This document shows, piece by piece, positions 29,244 to 38,021 of a stretch of DNA of 64,000 bases. This stretch comes from Bacteroidota bacterium (GTDB lineage: Bacteria; Bacteroidota; Bacteroidia; UKL13-3): contig JAIXSO010000026.1 in NCBI GenBank assembly GCA_027484685.1, positions 18,406-82,405 of the forward strand. The letters run 5' to 3'. A program made the position numbers and the translations under genes. Every line of letters begins with the position of its first letter. Positions within the stretch are counted from its first letter, which is position 1. A model generated the notes under the pieces. That model searched no databases. It saw only the letters and a list, made by a program, of their open reading frames with translations, and was not told where the DNA came from.

Positions 29244-30160
29244 TGTTAAAAAGTAAAAATTTAAAAGCCTACTTAGCATTTATTGCGGTAGCAATTTTTT
29301 GGGGTACCACATTCTTAGCCATTCGTATAGGCATTAATTCTGATGGTGTACATCATTTTCCTCCATTTTTATTGGCTGCATTTAGGCATTGTATTGCAGG
29401 GCTTTTAATTTGTTCCTACTTTATTCTTTACAAAAAACAGCCTTTACCTACACTTAAGCAATTTAAGTATTTTAGCATCAATGGTATATTGATGTTGGTA
29501 GGTGGTAATGGCATAATAAGTTGGGGAATGCAATACGTGGATAGTGGTTTGGCTGCTATTTTATGTGCACTTACGCCACTTTGGATAGTATTTATAAACC
29601 TGGCAATGGGTAGTAACGAAAAGGTTACCAAGGTAATGTGGGCAGGTTTTATAATTTGTTTACTAGCGCAATACCTTATTTTTTACGATAAAATAAATAT
29701 ACTCTCGGATAAAAATTACATTTATGGTTTAATAGCCATTATAGTTTCAAATATTTGTTGGGCATTTGGAACAGTTTTTTCTAAATCAAGCACTTCTCCT
29801 TTTCCTGCCTTGTATAATGCAGGCTTGCAAATGATTCCTGGAGGAGTTATTCTCTTAATTTTTTCAACTTTAACAGGCGATTGGAACAATTTTAACCCTA
29901 GTAGCAATTCTATTTGGGCTTTGGTTTATTTAATTTTATTTGGTTCTTTATTGGCTTACGGATGTTTTATGTACATAATAAAAGCGTTACCTGCAGCTTT
30001 GGTATCAACTTATGCATATATTAACACCATTGTGGCTGTCATATTAGGCGTGGTGTATTTAAAAGAAGAAATTAATGCCAAAGTAGTAGTGGCTATGTTG
30101 CTAACCATTCTTGGAGTTTACTTAGTTGGCAAAAAAGCTAAAGTAAAAGAAGCGAAATAG
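29243..30160 (+). CDS. EamA/DMT family transporter
   Basis: FWGTTFLAIR, FGSLLAY, YAYINTIVAV; 10 TMs; GTG start. Confidence 0.9.
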   Translation: MLKSKNLKAYLAFIAVAIFWGTTFLAIRIGINSDGVHHFPPFLLAAFRHCIAGLLICSYFILYKKQPLPTLKQFKYFSINGILMLVGGNGIISWGMQYVDSGLAAILCALTPLWIVFINLAMGSNEKVTKVMWAGFIICLLAQYLIFYDKINILSDKNYIYGLIAIIVSNICWAFGTVFSKSSTSPFPALYNAGLQMIPGGVILLIFSTLTGDWNNFNPSSNSIWALVYLILFGSLLAYGCFMYIIKALPAALVSTYAYINTIVAVILGVVYLKEEINAKVVVAMLLTILGVYLVGKKAKVKEAK

Positions 30161-30196
30161 CATTTGATTTTCTGTTTGATTTGATTTGGAAGTTTG

Positions 30197-30563
30197 CCTT
30201 TGGCTTCTAGCTGATTGGATTTTGTACTTGACGGATGCGATTTTGGAGTTTTCTTTTTGCGTTTTGGATTTTGCTGATTGGATTTTGCTTTTTGCTGGTG
30301 GCATTTTGGAGTTTTTTTCTAGCGTTTTGAAGTTTGCTGCTGGCGTTTTGGACTTTTCTTCTGACGTTTTGGAGTTGTCGGGTGCGATTTTACTTTTTGC
30401 TGGTGGCATTTTGGAGTTTTCTTCTAGCGTTTTGAAGTTTGCTGGTGGCGTTTTGGACTTTTCTTCTGGCGTTTTGGAGTTGTCGGGTGCGATTTTGCTT
30501 TTTGCTGGTGGCATTTTGGAGTTTTCTTCTAACGTTTTAAAGTTTGCTGGTGGCGTTTAGGAG
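30197..30563. repeat. Degenerate 21-bp tandem array with 105-bp higher-order repeat
   Basis: About 17 units of the form nnttttgnnnttt...; near-identical 105-bp blocks at 30281-30385 and 30386-30490, partial block from 30491. Confidence 0.9.
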
Positions 30564-30590
30564 ACTGTCCAAAAAAGTGTGTAAACGGAT
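30561..30590 (-). mobile_element. Isolated IS256-family-like terminal inverted repeat (remnant)
   Basis: gagactgtccaaaaaagtgtgtaaac resembles IS256-type ends from recall; no transposase in the window. Confidence 0.4.
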
Positions 30591-30649
30591 AAATTTAGAA
30601 CCCTATGCACAAAGCAAAAACATTTCTATTAAAAACAATTAAAATTTAA

Positions 30650-30680
30650 CTTGGTGGTAAATGATGAATTATTAAATTTG
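30650..30680 (+). promoter_or_regulatory. Bacteroidota sigma-A-type promoter for the FG-GAP gene
   Basis: TAAATTTG (-7 element, 30673-30680) with cTTG 19 bp upstream; supports ATG 30702 as start. Confidence 0.5.
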
Positions 30681-30701
30681 AATGTCAAAAATACAAATTC
30701 A

Positions 30702-33700
30702 ATGATTAAATCAATTAAAAGTTTATCAAATCAATATTTCTTAGATTTAAAAAGTAAAAAAGTAAAAACAACCACATTCTTTAGAATATTTCTTTTGTTT
30801 GGTTTATTGTTTAGTTTACAATGTGTAATTGCACAACCCACCATTACTTCTTTTGCCCCATTAAGTGGAAAGGTTGGCGACACCATAACCATTTTAGGTA
30901 ATAGTTTTAATACTACTGCGGCTAACAATATCGTATTTTTTGGTGCAACTCGAGCAACAGTTTCGACAGCAACCTCAACAAGTTTAACGGTAACAGTACC
31001 AATAGGAGCGACCTTTGCACCTATTACTTTATTAAACACAGCCACGGGTTTAGCAACTTATAGTACTCAATTTTTCAACCCAGTATTTAGCCCTAGTAAA
31101 GGAAGTATAACATTGAATGATATTTCGCCAAAGGTTAACTTCACCGTAGGTTGGGCTCCAAAAACAGTATCCATTGGCGATATAGATGGGGATGGTAAAC
31201 CTGATTTGGCAATAGCTAATGAATATGACAATACTATTTCAGTATTACGCAATACTGGCAATAATGGTACTGTTAGTTTTGCACTAAAAGTGGATTTTGC
31301 AACAGGTTCAAATCCTAAAATTGTTGCCATTGGCGATATAAATGGTGACGGTAAACCTGATTTGGTAACAAATAATGTATCAAACAATTCTGTTTCGGTA
31401 TTGCGCAATACTAGCAGCAGTGGTACGATTAGTTTTGCAACAAAAGTAGATTTTACAACAGGTGGCAATCCTCAATCAGTTACCATAGGTGATTTAGATG
31501 GAGATGGTAAACCAGATTTGGCAATAGCTAGTTGGAGCAGCAATACCATTTCTGTATTACGCAATACTGGAAGTAGCGGCACCATTAGTTTTGCAACTAG
31601 GGTAAATTTCACTACAGGTTCAGGTCCTTATTCCTTAACCATTGGCGATATAGATGGTGATGGAAAACCTGATTTGGCAGTTGTTAATAGAGACAACAAT
31701 ACTATTTCTGTATTGCGTAACACTAGCAGCAGTGGTATAATGAACTTTGCCACAAAGGTAGATTTTACAACAGGTTCATCTCCTTATCAATTAGCAATAG
31801 GCGATATAGATGGGGATGGCAAGTTGGATTTAACAACTGCGAATATTGACAGCGATAGCGTTTCTGTATTGCGCAATACTAGCAGCAGCGGTACAGTTAG
31901 TTTTGCAACAAAAGTAGATTTTACAACAGGTACAAATTCAGAACCTTTTGCATTAGCGATAGGCGATATAGATGGAGATGGAAAACCTGATTTGGCAGTT
32001 GCTACCAGTGGATACAATACAATTGCTGTATTACGCAATATTAGTAGTAGTGGTACGGTTAGTTTTGGAGCAAAGGTAGATTTTGGAACAAGCCTATCTC
32101 CTTCTTTTATATCCATTGGCGATATAGATGGGGACAGTAAACCGGATTTGCTAATTACGAATAATGGAATTAATGGCACTGTTTCTGTATTGCGTAATAA
32201 CCCCCAACCTCCTCCTTCACCTCCCACCATCACCTCCTTTGCACCCTCTAGCTGTGCAATAGGTGCTACATTTTCAATAACAGGAACTGGTTTTAATACT
32301 ACACCTGCTAATAATGTGGTATTTTTTGGTGCTACACGTGCTACAGTAATTACAGCATCTGCTACTAGTTTAACTGTAATTGTGCCAATAGGTGCTAACT
32401 TTGCTCCTATTACAGTGTTAAACACGTTAACCGCTTTAGTTGCCTATAGTACTCAATTTTTTAAACCAATATTTAGCCCCACTAAAGGTAGTATTACCTC
32501 TACCGATTTAGCCGCAAAAGTTGATTTTGCAACAAATTCAGCAACTAAATCAGTAGCAGTTGGAGATATAGATGGAGATGGGAAAACTGATTTGGCAATT
32601 GTTAATGGAGGCAACAATACTGTTTCTGTATTACGAAACACTGGAAGCAGTGGTTTAGTTAATTTTGCAACAAAAGTAGATTTTACAACTGGTATAAATC
32701 CATGGTCAGTGGCTATTGGCGATATAGATGGAGATTCAAAACCTGATATGGTAATAGCTAATTATAACAGCAATACTGTTTCAATTCTACGCAATACTGC
32801 TAGTATCGGTGTACTTAGTTTTGCATTAAAAGTAGATTTTACATCAGGCATCCATCCTAAATCAGTAACTATTGGTGATATAGATGGAGATGGTAAACCA
32901 GATTTAGTAATAGCTAATGATAGCAGCAATAGTGTTTCTGTTTTGCGTAATACAGGCAGCAGTGGTTTCATTAATTTTGCACCAAAAGTAGATTTTGCAA
33001 CAGGCTCTTTTCCTAGTTCTGTAGCCATTGGCGATATAGATGGAGATGAAAAGCCTGATTTGGCAATACCTAATGATAGCAGTAATACTGTTTCTGTTTT
33101 GCGAAATATAAGTATCAGTGGTACCGTTAGTTTTGCAATTAAGGTAGATTTTGGAACCGGCACTCAGCCTACTTCTTTAGCTCTAGGCGATATAAATGGG
33201 GATGGGAGGCTTGATTTGGCAATAGCTAATAGAAGCAGCAATACTATATCTGTATTGCGTAATATAAGCACTAGTGGTGTGCTTAGTTTTGCACCAAAAG
33301 TAGATTTTGCAACTGGTTCAAGTCCTCGATTTGTAGCCATTGGCGATATGGATGGAGATGGTAAGTCGGATTTGGCAATAACAAATCAAGGGAGCAATAC
33401 TATTTCAATATTACGTAATACAAGCAATAATGCTACAGTTAGTTTTACAACAAAAGTAGATTTTATAACAAACACACAACCAAATACATTAGCCATTGGC
33501 GATATTGATGGAGATGGTAAACCTGATTTGGCGATAGAAAATGGAGGTAATACTGTTTCTTTATATCGTAATAACCCTCAAATATTTCCACCCAGCATTA
33601 CATCCTTTGCTCCTTTAAGCGGTACAGTAGGTTCTTCCGTAACTATTATAGGTTCTGGTTTTAACACTACACCTGCCAATAATATTATATTTTTTGGAGC

Positions 33701-36700
33701 AACACGTGCAACTGTAACTACCTCAACCACAAATAGTTTAACAGTAACAGTGCCAACAGGTGCCACTTTTGCACCAATAACATTAATAGATACAGGAGTT
33801 AATTTTACTGTACACAGTCCCCAGTTTTTCAATCCAATATTTAGCCCTAGTAAAGCTATTATTACCACTTCAGATATTGCGGCAAAATTAGATTTTTCGA
33901 CCGGTACAAGTCCTCGATCAATAGCCATTGGCGATATTGATGGAGATGGCAAATCTGATTTGGCAATCGCTAATACAAACAGTAAAACTGTTTCAATTTA
34001 TCGTAATACTGGCAAAATTGATACGGTAAATTTTGCAACAAAGGTAGATTTTACTACACTTTGGAGTCCTCTATCGGTTGCTATTGGAGACATAGATGGA
34101 GATGGAAAAGCTGATTTGGTAATTGCAAATGCAGGTAGTGATATTGTTTCTATATTTCGAAATACAAGTAGTAGTGGCATTATTAATTTTGCATCAAAGG
34201 TTGATTTTATTACAGGGTCGCTTCCTTATTCAGTAGTAATTGGAGATATAAATGGAGACGGTAAACCAGATTTGGCATTAACTAATTATAATAGCAATAC
34301 TGTTTCAGTGTTACGCAATACGGGCTTAAAAGGTTCAATAAGTTTTGCCACCAAAGTAGATTTTGCAACAGGATCAAATCCTTGTTCGGTAGCTATTGGA
34401 GATATAGATGGGGATGGTAAACCTGATTTGGCGATTGCTAACACAGGCAATATCTATACTGTTTCTGTATTACGTAATACAGGTAGTAATAATTCGGTTA
34501 ATTTTGCCACAAAGACAGATTTCACTACGGGTTCAAATTCAAAGTCCATAGAAATAGGCGATATAGATGGAGATGGAAAACCCGATTTGGCTATAGGCAG
34601 TAATTCTGTTTCTATTTTACGCAATACGAGTAGTAGTGGTTCGATTAGTTTTGCAACAAGAGTAGATTTTGCATCAGTATCAACTCCTTATTCATTAAAA
34701 ATTGGTGATATAAATGGAGATGGCAAACCTGATTTGGCAATAATTAATCAAAGCAGCAATAAACTTTCTATATTACGTAATACAAGTATCAGTGGTACAG
34801 TAGATTTTGCAACAAAGGTAGATTTTGCCTCAGGTACAAATCCTCTTTCAATAGCCATTGGCGATATTGATGGGGATGGCAAATCTGATTTGGCGATAGC
34901 AAACGAAAACAATAATTCTGTCTCTATTTTAAGAAATTATCCTCAACCACCGCCTCCTACCATTAATTCATTCACTCCAACCAGCGCAGTTGTAGGTGCT
35001 TCAATTTCCATAACTGGTGTAGGTTTTAACACGGTACCTACAAAAAATATAGTGTTTTTTGGTGCAACTAAAGCAATTGTAACAGCAGCAACTGACACCA
35101 GTTTAATGGTATTGGTACCTATAGGTGCCTCTTTTGCACCAATAACTATATTAAATACTGCTAACACTTTATCAGCTTATAGTACACAATTTTTCAACCC
35201 AATATATAGTCCTAGTAAAGGAAGTATAACCACAAATGATATAACAACAAAGCAAGATTTTACAACTGGGCCGCAATCCAGAGCTGTAGCTATTGGAGAT
35301 TTGGATGGTGATGGCAAACCCGATTTGGCTGTAGTTAATAATGTTGGTGCTACTGTTTCCATATTAAGAAATACAGGAAGCATTGGTTCGGTTAGTTTTG
35401 CAACCAAGGTTGATTTTTCTACGGGTACAGATCCTGAGTCAATATCTATTGGAGATATAAACGGAGATGGTAAACCTGATTTAGTTGTGACAAATTTTGG
35501 AAGCAGCACTGTTTCAGTTTTTCGCAATATAAGCATGAATGGAGCAATTAGTTTTGCTACAAAAATCGATTTTGCAACAGGTACAAATCCCAGTTCAGTG
35601 GCCATTGGCGATATTGATAAAGATGGCAAACCAGATTTGATAGTAACTAATTATAATAATGGCTTTAACTCTATTTCTGTCTTTCGTAATACCAGTAACA
35701 GTGGTACAATTAGCTTTGATTTAAAGGTAGATTTTGAAACAGGAGGTAATCCGGCCTCAGTAGCTATTGGCGATATTGATGGAGATAATAAACCCGATTT
35801 AGCAATAGCCAATCAAATGAGCAATACTGTTTCAATACTACGGAATACAAGTATTTATGGAACAGTTAGTTTTGCAACAAAGTTAGATATTACAATGATT
35901 TCTGAGCCTTTTTCAATTGCCATTGCTGACTTAGATGGCGATGGAAAATCTGATTTAGCAATAGCAAATGTTAGCAGTATTGGAAAATCAGTTTCTGTCT
36001 TAAGGAATACCAGTAGCATTGGTTCAGTGAGTTTTGCATCAAGGGTAAATTTTTCGGCAAATGGAGATCCTTATTCAGTATCCGCTGGCGATCTAGATGG
36101 AGATGGAAAGCCTGATTTGGCAATCGCTAGTTTTAGCAGTTCAGTTTCAGTATTGCGAAATACAAGTGTGAGCGGTACTATTAATTTTGCTACTAGGGTT
36201 CCTTTTACAACAGGCTCATTTCCACGATCAGTAGCATTGGGTGATATAGATTGTGACGGCAAACTTGATTTGGTGGCATCTAACAGTAACAGCCAAACTG
36301 TTTCCGTATTGCGTAATAACCCACAATTTCCTCCCACAATTTCCACAATAGGTAATTTAACACCATTTATTTCTTGTACTGGCAGTGCTTCAGCACAGCA
36401 AACATTTACAGTAACTGGAACTAATTTAATAGCAAATTTAATGGTAATACCACCAATAGGCTTTGAGATAAGTACTACTTCTGGTTCAGGTTTTGGAAAC
36501 AGTGTTAGTTTATCTCCTTCCTCAGGCACAATAAACGCAATCTTATATATACGTTTAACCAATTCGGTAACAGGTTCGCCAAGTGGAAATATAGTTTGTG
36601 CCTCAACAATTGCTGATACACAAAATGTAGCTGTATATGGTTTAGTAAAAGCAACATCAACTAGTACTACAAATATTTCAGTCTGCTCAAGTACATTACC

Positions 36701-37787
36701 TTTTACTTGGAATAGTAGAGCATATAATTCAAGTAGAACAGATACTGTTTATTTAACCAATTTCGTTGGTTGTGATAGTATTACCATTTTAAAATTAACA
36801 GTTAAACCTACAAGTTCATCAACTTCTAATATAAGCATTTGCCCTAGTGCATTGCCTTATACTTGGAATGGAAGAACATATAATTCCAATAGCATAGATA
36901 CGGTTTATTTAACCAATTCCGTGGGTTGCGATAGTATTACTATTTTAAAATTAACTGTAAAACCTACAAGTTCATCAACTTCTAATATAAGCATTTGTCC
37001 TTCAGCACTGCCTTATACTTGGAATGGAAGAACATATAATTCCAATAGCATAGATACTGTTTATTTAACTAATTCAGTAGGTTGCGATAGTATTACCATT
37101 TTAAAACTAACAATAAAACCAATTAGTACTTCAACAAATAACATAAGTATTTGTCCGAGCGCATTGCCTTATACATGGAATGGATTAATCTTTAACGAAT
37201 CAGGAACGCAGACCAAAACAGGTTTAACTAATTCGGTTGGATGTGATAGTTCAGCAACTTTAAATTTATCGGTAAATCCAATTCCAGCAACTTCCAATAT
37301 TACAGGCTTTACCAATGTAGCAAGGTTAGATACAGCTACTTATTCGGTAATAGGAACAAGTGGTTCAGTTTTTAATTGGGCAACTACAAAAGGATTGGTT
37401 CAAACAGGCGCGGGTACAAATCAAATAAAAGTAAAATGGAATACAGCCGGAATGGATACTTTAAAAGTTACTGAAACTTCTAATCAAGGTTGTGTTGGTT
37501 CACAAAAAACACTATTGGTTAATATTGGTCCTGCTACCGGAATGAATGAAATCAATGCAAGTAATAATATACTGGTTTATCCAAATCCATTTAACGAAAC
37601 CATATTTATTTCATTGCTTAATAATTCAGGTTTGAACAAAGCTATTTTATATGATTTATTAGGTAAAGAGGTTTTAACTACCCATAAAAGTGAAATAGAT
37701 GTGAAAGAGTTAAAATCTGGCGTTTATTTGATAATGGTGATTGATAATAATGGCAATAGTTATAGCCAAAAATTGATTAAAAATTAG
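30702..37787 (+). CDS. Giant T9SS-secreted protein: 4 x (IPT/TIG + 7 FG-GAP repeats), Cys-containing 52-aa repeats, Ig-like domain, type A CTD
   Basis: 28 DxDGDGKxDL motifs in four groups of 7, each group preceded by P.ITSFAP IPT-like segment; GCDS repeats; VYPNPF...GVYLI...KLIKN. Confidence 0.9.
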   Translation: MIKSIKSLSNQYFLDLKSKKVKTTTFFRIFLLFGLLFSLQCVIAQPTITSFAPLSGKVGDTITILGNSFNTTAANNIVFFGATRATVSTATSTSLTVTVPIGATFAPITLLNTATGLATYSTQFFNPVFSPSKGSITLNDISPKVNFTVGWAPKTVSIGDIDGDGKPDLAIANEYDNTISVLRNTGNNGTVSFALKVDFATGSNPKIVAIGDINGDGKPDLVTNNVSNNSVSVLRNTSSSGTISFATKVDFTTGGNPQSVTIGDLDGDGKPDLAIASWSSNTISVLRNTGSSGTISFATRVNFTTGSGPYSLTIGDIDGDGKPDLAVVNRDNNTISVLRNTSSSGIMNFATKVDFTTGSSPYQLAIGDIDGDGKLDLTTANIDSDSVSVLRNTSSSGTVSFATKVDFTTGTNSEPFALAIGDIDGDGKPDLAVATSGYNTIAVLRNISSSGTVSFGAKVDFGTSLSPSFISIGDIDGDSKPDLLITNNGINGTVSVLRNNPQPPPSPPTITSFAPSSCAIGATFSITGTGFNTTPANNVVFFGATRATVITASATSLTVIVPIGANFAPITVLNTLTALVAYSTQFFKPIFSPTKGSITSTDLAAKVDFATNSATKSVAVGDIDGDGKTDLAIVNGGNNTVSVLRNTGSSGLVNFATKVDFTTGINPWSVAIGDIDGDSKPDMVIANYNSNTVSILRNTASIGVLSFALKVDFTSGIHPKSVTIGDIDGDGKPDLVIANDSSNSVSVLRNTGSSGFINFAPKVDFATGSFPSSVAIGDIDGDEKPDLAIPNDSSNTVSVLRNISISGTVSFAIKVDFGTGTQPTSLALGDINGDGRLDLAIANRSSNTISVLRNISTSGVLSFAPKVDFATGSSPRFVAIGDMDGDGKSDLAITNQGSNTISILRNTSNNATVSFTTKVDFITNTQPNTLAIGDIDGDGKPDLAIENGGNTVSLYRNNPQIFPPSITSFAPLSGTVGSSVTIIGSGFNTTPANNIIFFGATRATVTTSTTNSLTVTVPTGATFAPITLIDTGVNFTVHSPQFFNPIFSPSKAIITTSDIAAKLDFSTGTSPRSIAIGDIDGDGKSDLAIANTNSKTVSIYRNTGKIDTVNFATKVDFTTLWSPLSVAIGDIDGDGKADLVIANAGSDIVSIFRNTSSSGIINFASKVDFITGSLPYSVVIGDINGDGKPDLALTNYNSNTVSVLRNTGLKGSISFATKVDFATGSNPCSVAIGDIDGDGKPDLAIANTGNIYTVSVLRNTGSNNSVNFATKTDFTTGSNSKSIEIGDIDGDGKPDLAIGSNSVSILRNTSSSGSISFATRVDFASVSTPYSLKIGDINGDGKPDLAIINQSSNKLSILRNTSISGTVDFATKVDFASGTNPLSIAIGDIDGDGKSDLAIANENNNSVSILRNYPQPPPPTINSFTPTSAVVGASISITGVGFNTVPTKNIVFFGATKAIVTAATDTSLMVLVPIGASFAPITILNTANTLSAYSTQFFNPIYSPSKGSITTNDITTKQDFTTGPQSRAVAIGDLDGDGKPDLAVVNNVGATVSILRNTGSIGSVSFATKVDFSTGTDPESISIGDINGDGKPDLVVTNFGSSTVSVFRNISMNGAISFATKIDFATGTNPSSVAIGDIDKDGKPDLIVTNYNNGFNSISVFRNTSNSGTISFDLKVDFETGGNPASVAIGDIDGDNKPDLAIANQMSNTVSILRNTSIYGTVSFATKLDITMISEPFSIAIADLDGDGKSDLAIANVSSIGKSVSVLRNTSSIGSVSFASRVNFSANGDPYSVSAGDLDGDGKPDLAIASFSSSVSVLRNTSVSGTINFATRVPFTTGSFPRSVALGDIDCDGKLDLVASNSNSQTVSVLRNNPQFPPTISTIGNLTPFISCTGSASAQQTFTVTGTNLIANLMVIPPIGFEISTTSGSGFGNSVSLSPSSGTINAILYIRLTNSVTGSPSGNIVCASTIADTQNVAVYGLVKATSTSTTNISVCSSTLPFTWNSRAYNSSRTDTVYLTNFVGCDSITILKLTVKPTSSSTSNISICPSALPYTWNGRTYNSNSIDTVYLTNSVGCDSITILKLTVKPTSSSTSNISICPSALPYTWNGRTYNSNSIDTVYLTNSVGCDSITILKLTIKPISTSTNNISICPSALPYTWNGLIFNESGTQTKTGLTNSVGCDSSATLNLSVNPIPATSNITGFTNVARLDTATYSVIGTSGSVFNWATTKGLVQTGAGTNQIKVKWNTAGMDTLKVTETSNQGCVGSQKTLLVNIGPATGMNEINASNNILVYPNPFNETIFISLLNNSGLNKAILYDLLGKEVLTTHKSEIDVKELKSGVYLIMVIDNNGNSYSQKLIKN

Positions 37788-37814
37788 GTAATTATGGTGT
37801 AGTTATTTTATGTT

Positions 37815-37870
37815 CATGGTTGGTGTCCTAGCAATCATTCCAAATCGATTGGTGAGGACACTAGCCGAGG
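37815..37870. repeat. Degenerate REP-like inverted repeat
   Basis: ggttggtgtcct ... aggacactagcc imperfect arms. Confidence 0.55.
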
Positions 37871-37873
37871 ACT

Positions 37874-37969
37874 AAAGAAGAAATTAATGCCAAAGTTGTA
37901 GTAGCTATGCTTTTAACCATTGCCGGAGTTTGGCTAGTTGGGCGTAAAGGAAAAATAGCCAAGCAATAA
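37874..37969 (+). pseudogene. Orphan second copy of the EamA gene 3' end
   Basis: Encodes KEEINAKVVVAMLLTIAGVWLVGRKGKIAKQ*, versus KEEINAKVVVAMLLTILGVYLVGKKAKVKEAK* at 30062-30160; first 23 bp identical. Confidence 0.9.
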
Positions 37970-38021
37970 TTTTACAAAACATTTTTAGTTTAGTTTTGCT
38001 TTAATTTATAAACTTACTACT

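Noticed and set aside
30122-30560. ORFs 30122-30514(-) and 30186-30560(+) as real genes
   Set aside because: Both arise from the low-complexity array, and the minus one overlaps the EamA end. Kept only as a repeat feature.
30197-30563. CRISPR array
   Set aside because: Units are contiguous with no unique spacers, and there are no cas genes.
30731-36562. Many minus-strand ORFs within the FG-GAP gene
   Set aside because: Antisense shadows of a repetitive coding sequence.
30702-37969. Diversity-generating retroelement (repeat pairs as template/variable regions)
   Set aside because: No reverse transcriptase, and differences are mainly synonymous rather than adenine-specific.
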